Below are positions 11,101-22,729 of a stretch of 47,940 nt of DNA, piece by piece. Origin of the DNA: Octopus bimaculoides (lineage: Eukaryota); contig NC_068982.1 of NCBI RefSeq assembly GCF_001194135.2, forward strand, positions 77,633,427 to 77,681,366, written 5' to 3'. The first letter of the stretch is position 1; every line of letters begins with the position of its first letter. The position numbers were made by a program, and so were the translations under genes. The notes under the pieces are model-generated. The model did not search any database. It was not told the origin of the DNA and saw only the letters and a list, made by a program, of their open reading frames with translations.

Positions 11101-13078
11101 GGTTGTTAAAATACTGGTGGTGATGATGTTTGGGAGACATAACATATCTATATTAGTCTCTTGCCTATTATATTCTTGTTAAGTCTGCTTCCACAGCTCT
11201 CTTCATTAACATATCACCTACCTGTGTAATGAAAGATAACTTTTGATCTGTTTGTTTCCAATCCTCTTTGCCATCACCCGCTCTCTCTTTTGCTGTCTTA
11301 CCTTCTGTCATCTTTATTGCTATACCATCATGTCACCCGTGTTATTTTTCTTTTCAATTCCCTTACTAACAAGCAACAAGCAACTATTTCTGTTTCCCTT
11401 TCAATATTCCCTTCCTACCCATTTAAAATTTTTTATCAGTCTGCTTTACCCATCTCACTCACACTCTCTCTTCTTGTCACTCTCTTAGTCACATTTATCT
11501 TAGACAAAAAACATGACAACCTCTCTAGTGCTAGTGTCATGACAAAATGGACTCAGTACACTGTATAAAATAGATAACAGATGAATGGAAACATCACAGG
11601 TTAGAGAGAATGCTCTTGTTTCTTTGAGAACATGGCAACTTCACTGCTGGTGCTATGATAAATTACCCCCAGTATACCTTGTAAATTAGTTTGAGTTAGG
11701 AGGGCATCCTGCTGTAAAACCATGCCAAAATAAACAGGTAGGTAAGGAGTGGTTCCATGATGTGCAGGAGGAAAGTAACTCCAAATACAAACTTCAATTG
11801 TAAAGGCCCATCCAACCTGTGTTGTTATAGAAAACATACATAAAATGAGGATAATGATATTAAAAATGACTGTTTAATATGCACAAAAACTAAAATTGCA
11901 ATGGTTTAATGAGTTTTTTCCTATTTACTATGCTTTATACTTACATACACATACATGCATTTATGTCATCTTTTAGCTGTCACTCAAAAGTGAGTATGAC
12001 TTGGTAGCTTGTACCACACTTTTGTTGATTGTTTTAGGATCTATGTAGTCAAAAGCAGACATAGAGACCTTCTTGTTAAGTGTTTATTTACACAAAAGAA
12101 ATTCCTTTCAATTAAAATATTGTCACATCTTTATTTATCTGAAATTTCACTGTCTTAAACAAGGAACTACTATTTAAATACACAAACATGTTATTGATTA
12201 TATTTTCATAAGCAGCTGATGTGCATCTGTTGTAGTTTTATTAAAGTATTGTTTCGGTATGTTCACCCATCTAGACTAGCCAGGTTTGTTTTTAGCTACT
12301 TATAAATGTTTGCCTTGTCTAGTTAAATAAACACAATCTTTGGAAAGAACAGTTGAAATAAGAGTAAAAGCTGATTCTGGATTAGAAATTGGCTTATGGT
12401 ACTATTTGAGTTGGCACAATTTCTTAGTGTCCAGATGGCAATCAATAAAATCAAAAATTAATCTGTAACTGATAGCTGCTCTGGCTCACAAGTTTTCTGT
12501 AAAGAATACAACCACAATCAATTTGGTGTGACTATGTCTGGTGCTACATTCTTATAGATATTTGCCTTTTCTACTGAATAAAATAGTTTCCTTCTATTCC
12601 TCTATTTTCCAACATGTTCATTTCTCTTCTCTTTAATTTATAGCCTTTTCTCTGTGACTGTTTTTATTTTAAAACATTTTTTCAATATTACAGTATGTTT
12701 GGTTTAAGCCAAACAATGTATTAACTTTATTCTTACAACAAGCAGCAAGTTGTCTCATACACAAACAGCTAAGTTAGTAGCAGTGTTTTAAACCTCTTGC
12801 TGCATATCAATATCCTCACAGAATTCACCATGTCATATTTGTGTATTTTCTTTTTTTTTTTTCATCTTTATGTAATTTATATGGTAAATTGGTGAAAAAT
12901 AGCAGTTGGTTACATTAGAAATGCTGGTTCAGAGCATTTCTAATGGAAAGATGACAAGATATTGTATGTCCAATTCACTGCTAAACACATACCACTGATT
13001 GTTTAGTTTTCTTGTCAGTGCTTACAGTGTTTGTTGATGACATCATCAAAAGATATTCACATGCATGTAAACATACAT

Positions 13079-13157
<79 letters not shown>

Positions 13158-13172
13158 TCTCTCTCTCTCTCT
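13079..13172. repeat. (GT)n(CT)n microsatellite
   Basis: About 38 GT units followed by a short CT run. Confidence 0.98.
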
Positions 13173-13344
13173 CTATCATCATTGCCATTTTCACAGTTGC
13201 TTTCCATGCTTTCATAGAAGACAAACTATGCATTGCAATACTAATCTAAACAATATGTTGCATGTATTAAACTAGTGACCAGTGACATTAGGTTAAAAAC
13301 TTGATTGACTCAGAAACACAACACACTTCGGTGAAAGAAGAAAT

Positions 13345-13700
13345 GGAAGCTGAAGACCCCAAGGCCAGACATAGGTCCAGAGATGCACTAATTGATGCAT
13401 TTGATGGGAAGGAGAAGGGGACAGCATCATGCAACCTATAGTACTGAGAGTTTCTAGACAACAACCTATTGCAAGCAGCAGAGAATATCCATGGCTGAGG
13501 CAAGGTTTTGGTAAGATGTAAGGTGACTATAGAGGTAATATAGTGTGATAGATAGAACCATGAAAACCAAGAGACAAGCCTAGAAAGACAGTGGGAAGTA
13601 AAGATATATATTAACTACCTAGAAGAGAAGCTAAATATCAGGTGTATTTAGTAAAGGGAGAAGCTAAAAGTACAAGGTTTGTTCAGGTTAGATGTTCCAG
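13345..13700 (+). mobile_element. Old RTE inter-domain fragment
   Basis: tttctagacaacaacctattgcaagcagcagag (FLDNNLLQAAE) resembles FLQDNLLRATD in the RTE at 4761-5141; heavily decayed. Confidence 0.45.
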
Positions 13701-13739
13701 ATTGCAAAGAAGTGGAAAAGAGTAAAGACACAGGGGAAA

Positions 13740-14086
13740 AGTGATTCTTTTACCTTTTACTTGTTTCAGTCATTGGACTGTGGTCATGTTGGAGCACTCC
13801 TTAAAGAGTTCTCATTGAATACTTATTTTTTAAGTCTGGTACTTATTGTATTGGTCTCTTTAACTGAACCCCAAAGTTACAGGGAGGTAAACAAATCAAT
13901 ACTGGTTATCAAGCAGTGGGGTGGGAGACAAACACAAATACACACACACACACAGAAGGGCATCAGTCAATCAGTCATAGAAACTATGCCAAAGCTGACA
14001 GGAGAGCTTGGTGCAGTCCTCTGGCTTGCCTGCTCCTGTCAAACCACCCAACCCCCATGTCTGCATGGAAAACAGACATTAAATGA

Positions 14087-14150
<64 letters not shown>

Positions 14151-14225
14151 TCGACCAAATTCACCTACTGGGAGTGAACCTCATGGCTGCAAAGTGAACT
14201 TGTTAACAATACAGCCATTCTTGTG
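13740..14225 (-). mobile_element. SINE family 1 with embedded RTE-type tail and microsatellite
   Basis: tttacttgtttcagtcattggactgtgg...ggtacttatt...cctactgggagtgaacctcatgg...acagcc. Confidence 0.65.
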
Positions 14226-14359
14226 CTTTCACATCTATGAAATATCAGCATACTTGTTTCAAAGATGCCAGAAAATAAAAATAAAGGCAATGAAATACCT
14301 TAGCAGTCCCATTTTACAGTTAACTTCATTTACCACTAATATTTTCTGCTATTTATAAG

Positions 14360-14490
14360 GAAGTGAGCTGGCAGAATTGTTAGTACACCAGGCAAAATGC
14401 TTAGCAGCATTTTATCTGTCTTTACAATCTGAGTTCAAATTCTGCTGAGGTCGACTTTGCCATTCATTCTTTCAAGATCAATAAAAACTC
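14360..14490 (+). mobile_element. tRNA-derived SINE family 3 (Meta-domain-like core)
   Basis: gagctggcagaattgttag...aaatgcttagc...gagttcaaattctgctgaggtcgactttgcc; repeated at about 26683 and 29815. Confidence 0.75.
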
Positions 14491-14655
14491 ATTTTACAAT
14501 AAATATAATGAAGCTTTCTATCTTTTTTACTTTTATAAAATTCAGAAAGAAAACTGTTCTTCATTGGTTGAATACGCTGTCAGGTGAAACAAAGTTCCAC
14601 ATAAACAGTTCTTTTGTCATTTGAAACCTTTTGTTCCAATGAACATACACTTCAT

Positions 14656-14687
<32 letters not shown>

Positions 14688-14874
14688 TTGTGCGTGTATG
14701 TGTGTGAATGTGTGTGTATGTATATATGTGTGCATGTGTACATGAATGTATGAGTATACATACATACACTAACAAAGTACCTGTCAAATATAATGGCATT
14801 TAATTTCACAGATAACTATGACCAAGACATTGGGTTATATATGTGTGTATGTGTGTGTGTGTGTGTATATAGAC

Positions 14875-14907
<33 letters not shown>

Positions 14908-15164
14908 AGTTGATAATCGAAGTAAGACTAATTAAGTGAAGGAGGGAGGGAAGGAAACAATTGTTAATGTAAAGGTGCAAAATCAATTAGTATCACAAAT
15001 TCTCTGTTTATCTATGATCTAATGATTTGTTGTGATGGTATGAGTAACTTTTAAATGATATCAATATGAATCAGAAACAGCTGACCAAGATGGTACCTGC
15101 TGTGATATATGATTGGTTGCATACAATATGGAGATATAGATTTGTCATCCTGTTCGACAAACTC

Positions 15165-15345
15165 AACGTTGTCATCACTATCGTTATTCAACGTTCTCCT
15201 TCTATGCTGGCAATGGGCTGGATGATTCAATAGGAACTGGCAATTTCTTTACAGAATGTAGTGGGTACTTTTTATATGGCACCAGCAGTAGAAGTCACCA
15301 AATAACTAGCAAGACAAGACCCCTCAACTGAGGAAGGTGTAGTAT
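15165..15345 (-). mobile_element. RTE-type 3' tail fragment
   Basis: gttattcaacgttctccttctatgctggcaatgggctggatg...tgtagtgggtactttt...agcaagacaagacccctcaactgagg. Confidence 0.55.
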
Positions 15346-15614
15346 TCAGCGACAGAAAAAGGTGTCTTGTAGTAGAGAAAAAAACATGGCTGCCTCAGGT
15401 GGAGAGAGGATAGAGAGAAAAAATGGTGAAAATGTGGTGGTGGTAGTAGTAATGATGGTGGGTGGGTGGGTGAGGCAGTTAAGCAGATCAGGGATTAAAG
15501 AGAATGAGTGGGCAGGTAAGTTTGTAAAATTGTGAAAGTAGAGTGAGAGATGGAGGACACAAACATGCATGCACATGCATGCGCATGCACACACACACAC
15601 ATACACACACACAG

Positions 15615-15905
15615 AAGCATGGCTGTGTGGTAAGAAGTTTGCTTCTTAACTACATGATTCTGGATTCAGCCCCACTGCATGACACTTTTGGCAAATGTAT
15701 TCTATTATAGCCTTGGGCCAGCCAAAGCCTTGTGAGTAGATAGAAACTGAAAGAAGCCTGTTGTATATATGTGTGGTCCAAATATATTTGGCTGACAGAA
15801 CAAGTACCAGGCTTAAAAAATAAGTACTGGAGTTGATTTGTTTGACTAAACCCATCAAGGCTGGGCCTCAGCATGACCACAGTCCAGTTGCTGAAACAAG
15901 TAAAA
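15615..15905 (+). mobile_element. tRNA-derived SINE family 1 (head present)
   Basis: gcatggctgtgtggtaagaagtttgct...ggattcagcccactg...aaagccttgtgagtagatagaaactgaaagaagcc...ccagcatgaccacagtcc. Confidence 0.85.
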
Positions 15906-16020
15906 CATATATATATATATATATATATGTACATACACACTACCACTTGCGCATACACATACTGACCATTTTCGCACTCTCCTGTTCCAGAAAGCATTTT
16001 CTCTTCATTCCCACTTCCAG

Positions 16021-16150
16021 TCACTTACTTCAAAAATGTAACCGCATGTGATTGTTGGTGATTTTTTTCCTCCTTTGTCCTGGACTTTCCTGTTTCTGAA
16101 GAAGAGCTATGCTCAAAATGTAAAACTTCTACTCTTTTCCTTCTGTGAGC
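16021..16150 (+). mobile_element. Penelope-like terminal repeat fragment with degenerate hammerhead-type motif
   Basis: gtttCTGAAGAAGAGCTATGCTCAAAATGTAaaac at 16092-16126; an inverted homolog lies at about 16430-16560. Confidence 0.55.
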
Positions 16151-16429
16151 NNNNNNNNNNNNNNNNNNNNNNNNNNNNNNNNNNNNNNNNNNNNNNNNNN
16201 NNNNNNNNNNNNNNNNNNNNNNNNNNNNNNNNNNNNNNNNNNNNNNNNNNNNNNNNNNNNNNNNNNNNNNNNNNNNNNNNNNNNNNNNNNNNNNNNNNNN
16301 NNNNNNNNNNNNNNNNNNNNNNNNNATATATATATATATAGTCAATTCAACGAACAATTAAAAAACAGAGAAAAAAGAAAAAAAAAACGAAAGCAAGGAT
16401 GTGCACAAGCAATATATTAATTTCATGTT

Positions 16430-16562
16430 TGGTGAAAGGAGAGAGTTGTTAACATTTCGAGCATAGTTCTTCATTGGAAAGAGGAAAATCCAAAGAAAAA
16501 GAAGGGAAAATAAGGAAAAATCGCCAATAATCTATGTGGAGTTACATTTCTGAAGTGAAGCA
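16430..16562 (-). mobile_element. Second copy of the same Penelope-like terminal fragment, inverted
   Basis: Minus strand cttcacttcagaaatgtaactccacatagattattggcgattttt...ccaatgaagaactatgctcgaaatgttaac is colinear with 16021-16130. Confidence 0.55.
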
Positions 16563-16811
16563 CACACACAAGAATATAGATGCACATGCACACATAAAAC
16601 AAACAAGAATTAGGCATAATAACAGAGAGTGGCAGGGGTTTTGCTAAGTGTGTGTCAAAGGGTCACAAAAGATTTGTCCAACATATACCAGCATGGAAAA
16701 CAAACATGAAGTGATGATGACAATAACAATGACAACAGCAACAATGACAATAATGGGGAATAAACAGAAATTAAGGTAGTTCCAAGACATTTTCTTTTTA
16801 GTTGTCAAATT

Positions 16812-19007
16812 CACTGTGCCACACTCAAAAAACTACAAGAGATCTGTGGCCATTTTTATATGCAAAATGACATGGGAAATCCATTTCTGGCCTTCTTTTT
16901 GTTGAATTAGGCATGGTTTCTACAGAATTATCACTGTACACCCTTTTTGTCATTATTATTGAATAAAATTCTCTACTGCATTGTAAAATGGGTTTCAAAC
17001 CAGGGCTAGAGACCAATCTTAGTAATACCTACAATGTGATTCAAAGCTTGTGTTTAATGTTATTTTTTTATCTTTCAGATCTTATTTGTTTTCAACAATG
17101 AGTACAAGACAGTGCAAAAATGATCCAAACAGATTCTGTTATATCTGTGGTGAATTGACTTTGCTAAAGAAAAGCGCAGTATTACACACCATATCAAGAA
17201 AATACACAAGGCATACTTTGATTGTAAGGAGACCAGGACAAGTCATGGGCTCCTCATGTGTGAAGACATTGAGTGCCTGGTATGCAGAAAAAAATGTTCA
17301 CATGAAGTTTGGTGGGCCAATGATTTGGCGTGAGCAGAAAGATCACTCTAATGATTACTATTTCTGTCACCATGACTTTACAGGCTGTACTACAGCAAAG
17401 AAAAAGAAACGCATTGTTTACCCAAATTTGCAATCAGCAATGTGCTCAGTAGAACACTCAGAAAATTTGCCTGTGCCCAAACCTCCAGATCAAGAAATGC
17501 AGAGTTCCAGCAGTGCTGATGAACATTCCCGTGGTGAATGTGTGGAGCCCAATGATCCAGAAAGCGAGAATAAACCAATACCATTTTCTCAAGAGGCTCT
17601 AAATGACTTGTGCAGGGATCTCTATTTAACCAAAGAGAAAAGTTAGTTTCTGGCATCAAGGCTTCAAGAACGTAATCTTCTTGAGAAAGAAGTGAAGATA
17701 ACACTGTACAGAAAACGTACAGAGGATCTGCTTGCATTATTCACCATGGCGAATGACTTATACTTTTGTAATGACATCACTGAACTTTTTGAGCAACTGG
17801 AAAATACAATATGATAAAACCAACTGGCAACTTTTCATAGATGCATCTAAGGACAGCATCAAAGCTGGTCTGCTACACAATGGTAACATTCTGCCTTCTG
17901 TTCCCATAGCTTATGGCATAACCATGAAAAAATCATATGAAAATCTGAAAGCAATTCCAACAAGCATACAGTATGATGACCATACCTGGCATATTTGTGC
18001 AGATTTTAAGGTTGTGGCCATGCTTACTGGCCTTCAGCTTGGCTATACCAAATTTTGCTGCTTCCTGTGCTTATGGAATTCCAGAGCAAGAGCTGAACAT
18101 TATGTATGCAAGGATTGGCTGATCTGAGATGAAATTGGGCAAGGAAAACACATGCACAAACCACTTGTGAAAAGTGATAGAATTTTTTTTACCACCTTTG
18201 CATATTAAACTTGGTTTGTTTAAGCAATTTGTGAAATCCTTGGACAAGGAATACTCTGCATTTGCATATCTTGCAGAAAAGTTCCCTTCCCTGAGTCAAA
18301 CTAAAATTAATGAAGATTTCTTCATAGGTCTCCAAATTTGAAAAATTGTACTTGATGAAACCTTCATCACACATCTCAAGAGTAAAGAGAAGCTTGCTTT
18401 TGAGTCATTCAAGAAAGTTTGCAATAACTTCCTGGGCAACCATCGTTCAGAAGACTATGTGCAAGTTGTGAATAATCTGCTGAGCCATTATCATGATATG
18501 GGATGTGACATGTCTCTAAAAGTTCATGTGCTTCACTCTCATTTGGATTTTTTGGGGGAAAATCTTGGTGATGTGAATGATGAGCATGGCGAAAGATTCC
18601 ATCAGAATATTTCAGTGATGGAGTAACAATTCAAAGGAAAATGGAACTCTGGCATGTTGGCAGACTACTGCTGGGATATAAAAAAAGAAGATCACACTCC
18701 GCACAAGAGGCTTAGAAGGACAAAAGTTGTTTAAACTGACAGGTGTGTTTTTAATTCATAACCAATGTATGTCTTGTTATACCAACTAAATTTTTGTTTT
18801 GTTTTTTGTAACTTTCAGTATTTGCAATGTTGTGTTCAATACGCAATATTATGCAGTATATTATAAAACATATGGTTCACGGTACAGGAAAACGGTGCCT
18901 AATCTGGAGAAATAAAGGTCAGAACCAGAATCAGGACAATTTTTTGACCCAGAAACAAGTCTTACTTAACTTGTACTTTTTTTGAACCTGAAATTTGTTG
19001 CACAGTG
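16812..19007 (+). mobile_element. Full-length decayed Chapaev3-like (CMC) DDE DNA transposon, 2196 bp
   Basis: Ends CACTGTGC (16812) and GCACAGTG (to 19007); shared subterminal block TCAAAAAA(A)(C/G)TACAAG; flanking direct repeat AAATT at 16807-16811 and 19008-19012; transposase pseudogene inside. Confidence 0.88.
17098..18734 (+). pseudogene. Chapaev3-like transposase pseudogene (about 540 codons, with stops and frameshifts)
   Basis: MSTRQCKNDPNRFCYICGE...WREQKDHSNDYYFC...YPNLQSA...LNDLCRDLYLTKEK...WQLFIDAS...ICADFKVV...YTKFCCFLCLWNSR...LPPLHIKLGL...MSLKVHVLHSHLDF...DEHGERFHQ...MLADYCW; putative D/D/E at 17840, 18002, 18591; acceptor-like ttttatctttcag 20 nt upstream of the ATG. Confidence 0.88.
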
Positions 19008-19599
19008 AAATTTCAGCTGCCACCTGTTTAGGAAACTGTTTATACAAACATTATTTAAATATGAAATGATCGTTTTTGAATGCAAAAATCAAATATTTGA
19101 TGCATGTATTTGGCATTTTAAGGTTGCCAAATAATTTTCCATTTTAAGGAGACATCTATTGAACTGCAGAATTGATACAATATTTTGATAAAAACATGGT
19201 TAACTTTTTATTTTTCAATACTTTAATTCTTTGTATATAATGAGTTTATTGCTAGGTTTAAAAAAAAACCTTTTAAAAATATAATAATTACAACTTATCA
19301 TGGTTGTTTCATTTTGTAGTTATTTTCATTATTCAAAAATGTAAGTTATTTGTTTTTTTAATTTTATCAAATGACCATGTTTTATGATAATTAGTCACAT
19401 GAAATGAATTTTATAATGAAGCAAAATTAAAAATATTTTTGTTTTATACACCCAGGCTTATTCCCCATTTTTTTAGGAGTGTGTAGCCACAAAACACATA
19501 CCAGGCACTCCATTAATTTTCCAGCTCAAAGAGGTGAGCTCTGTTCTATGCTCGGGTCAAGGCATATAATGCAACCCCCAATATCAATAGCAGGGCCTG

Positions 19600-21790
19600 A
19601 CAACATATGCTGGTTTACCCTGCCACATCATGCTGGTTCCGTACCCCTTTGAGCAACATCAATTTCACTCATCCATCCACAAACACTCCAAGCTTTCCTA
19701 TCATCTATAAACTCTTTTGCCTCTCTCTCACTCCAACATCTCTAACTACCAAAGGTTTCCTCACTCCATCCATCCACATGAACCAAGGTCTGCCACTGGT
19801 TCTGCTGCCTACCACTTCTGCCTTCAACACCCTCCTTACCATCCTCTCCATGTGGCCAAACCACCTCAACATTCATCTATCCATTCTGGTTGTTAGTTTT
19901 TCTCTCATTCCTGCTTGCCTTCACACCACCTCATTCCTCATCCTGTCCATCCATGTCACACCAACCATAGCCCTCAAACATATCTAGTTGCCTCCTTTCT
20001 GCCTTCCTCAGCCCCCACGCCTCTGCGCCATATAATACTGTCGGCACCTCATACACACCTTTTCACTTTCATACTCAACCTTTTATCTCTCAGCATCCCT
20101 TTCACAACTCCCAGTATCTTACTCCCACCCTCACTCTACATTTCACTTCCTCAGCCAACCCTGCCATCCGGCATCACATGTGATCCCAGATACTTAAAAA
20201 CATTCACCTCCTCTAATAACTTACCATTTATACTCACATTCATCCTACCAGCCCTTCCATCTCCCGAACATCGCATCACCTTACTCTTAGCTACATTCAC
20301 TTTCAGTTTCCTCTTCTCACACACTCTTCCAAACTCTATCACCAATCTCCTCAGTTGCTCTTCCGAATCTGCCACCAGTGCTGTATCATCAGCAAGCAAC
20401 AACTGACTCACCTGCCATTTCTCTCCATTTTCTCCCACCATTTGGGCTCCCCTACAAAGGTTCTAGCATTTACCTCTCTCACCACACCATCCATATATAG
20501 ATTAAACAACCACAGAGACATCACATAACCCTGTCTTAACCTCACCCACATCAAACCACTCACTTCACCACCCACCCTAACGCATGCCCTGCTTTCTCTA
20601 TAAAAACACTGTACAGCTCTCAACAATCTACCATCTACTCCATACAATTGCAACACCTGCCACATTGCATCCCTATCCACACAGGCCCATAAAGGCCCAA
20701 TATACCTCCCTCCCTTTTGCCAAAAACTTCTCACATGTCTGCCCTACTACAAATATTTGATCTGTACACCCCCTTCCACTCCTAAAACTGCACTGCTCCT
20801 CCCCTAGTACACCCTGTATGGTTCCTTACAATCAGAATTCTCCCATGCAGCTTACCAACCACACACAACAGACTTATAACCTTAAAATTTCCACACATTT
20901 ATCCCTTTTCCCCTTCTTCAGTGGCACTATACAGGCACTGCACTAGTCCTTTGGTACTCTTCCAGCCATATAACAAATATTCATAAGCCTCACTAACCAT
21001 TCAATCACTGTCACTCCTCTTTTCTTTAGGCATTCCACTTGTACACCCAGATGGCGCCTTCTAGTTTGCCATCTTCCGCAAGGATTTCCTCACCCCATCC
21101 TTTCCAGTTGCACCGTAGTTCCATTCCTCAGCAACAGGCATTCTATTCTCTCCTCCTACAGACACTATACTTGCCTCCCTAACATTCTCCACATTTAAAA
21201 GCTCACTAAAATACTCTGCCCATCTCCTTTGTACATCCTCACTTCCTTTCAACAAATTTCCATTTACACCCTTCACTCTTTCTTCTCTTCCTCCAACCAC
21301 CATTCTAACCCTCTACCTCTTTCCAAAACATCTTTTTATTTTTTACAAAATGTTCACTCAACTTTTTCCTGAATCTTTCATTTGCTTCCCATTTCGCCAC
21401 CCTCACCACTCTCTTTACACCCCCCTCTTCCCTTCTCTGGAGTGATCATAAACCACTCCATCCCTTTTCTGCAACCACTCTTCAAAGGCCCTTCTCTTCT
21501 CTGTCACTGCATCCCTTACCTGCTCATTCCACCACTCACTACCTTTCCTCATACCTATTCCAACCACACATGTACCACATACCTCAGAGGCACATCTAAT
21601 TACTCCCTCTCTAAAAGCCTCCTATTCCTCTTCCACCTCCCGTTTCTTAACCTGTTCATATTCACCTCTCAGTTTCTCTTCATACTCCTGCGCCTCCTCT
21701 CTCCTATCTAGTTCACTTACCTTCATAACCTCTCTTCTCCCTGTCACTTGTCTAGCATTCCATTTTGAGCATACTGGGTATGACTATATC
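19600..21790 (-). mobile_element. 5'-truncated RTE LINE, second family, with internal deletions
   Basis: GMRKGSEWWNE; VRLRQGYVMSLWLFNLYMDGVVREV; QLLLADDTALVADSEEQLRRLVIEFGRVCEKRKLKVNVAKSKVM; VFKYLGS. Confidence 0.9.
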
Positions 21791-22306
21791 CTACATCTAG
21801 TAGTAGGACCCTGGGGCCATGGTTTCAGGGTTTGAAGACAGTGGAACCACCTCTTAGCCACTATTGTTCCCATTTCTACTCTGGCCCAGAATGGTAGCAC
21901 CTGTGAAGGTCCCAGCTATGGGTTAACTAGTAAACACCCCTGCGATTGGGGTGGGGACTGGTAGAATGCAGTTGCCATATTCCCTGCGTAGCGTAAGAGG
22001 TGACTAAAAGGGTGGGAGTAAGGGACTGGGAATCCACACCTCTTTGTATTTCATATTCCTAAAAAGACAAGGCAACAAAATGATATGAACATATATACAT
22101 ATACACACACACACACTCAAAAAGCACAAATACACAAACACACACACCGACTCCATGTGTGTGTGTATATAGATATATAATTATATGTACTTACACACAC
22201 ATATGTATGTATCTATATGTATGTATTTGTAATCCTGGTCAACACATAAATGTACAATTATACCATACAAACATGTAAAACAAAAAAAAGTCATACACAA
22301 TAACAG

Positions 22307-22334
<28 letters not shown>

Positions 22335-22354
<20 letters not shown>

Positions 22355-22670
22355 ATCATTTTAATGTCCACTTTTCATGCTTGCATGAGCTGGATAGAGT
22401 TTATTGAGATGGATTCTCTGTGGCTGGATGCCCTTCCTGCTGCCAACTCTCACTCATTTTCAAATAGGATAATGTTTCTCCAGGCTAGAAGTAAATTACA
22501 CTAATTGCATGACAGTGAATCCCATTTACAAATATCCTGCAATGTCAAGGCAAGGTAATGGCAACACACACACACACACACACACGATGATGAGCTCCTT
22601 TCAGCTTTCAACCACCAAATCCACTCAGAAGTGGCTGTGTTGGGAAGCAAACTTCTTACCACATGTGAAA
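22335..22670 (-). mobile_element. RTE-type tail plus SINE family 1 fragment
   Basis: tctcatcattttaatgtccac...ggctggatgcccttcctgc and tttcagctttcaaccaccaaatccactc...aacttcttaccac. Confidence 0.6.
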
Positions 22671-22729
22671 ATGGGCAGAGCAGAACAAATTTCTCACTGT
22701 AGAGGGGCTACATGACTATCAACATTTAG

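Noticed and set aside
13012-13275. CVCVCV / IYIYIY / HTHT ORFs
   Set aside because: Translations of microsatellites; the same applies to 14083-14809 and 29477-29740.
21790-22075. GC-richer segment beside the second RTE
   Set aside because: Looks like a repeat fragment, but I cannot assign family or orientation with confidence.
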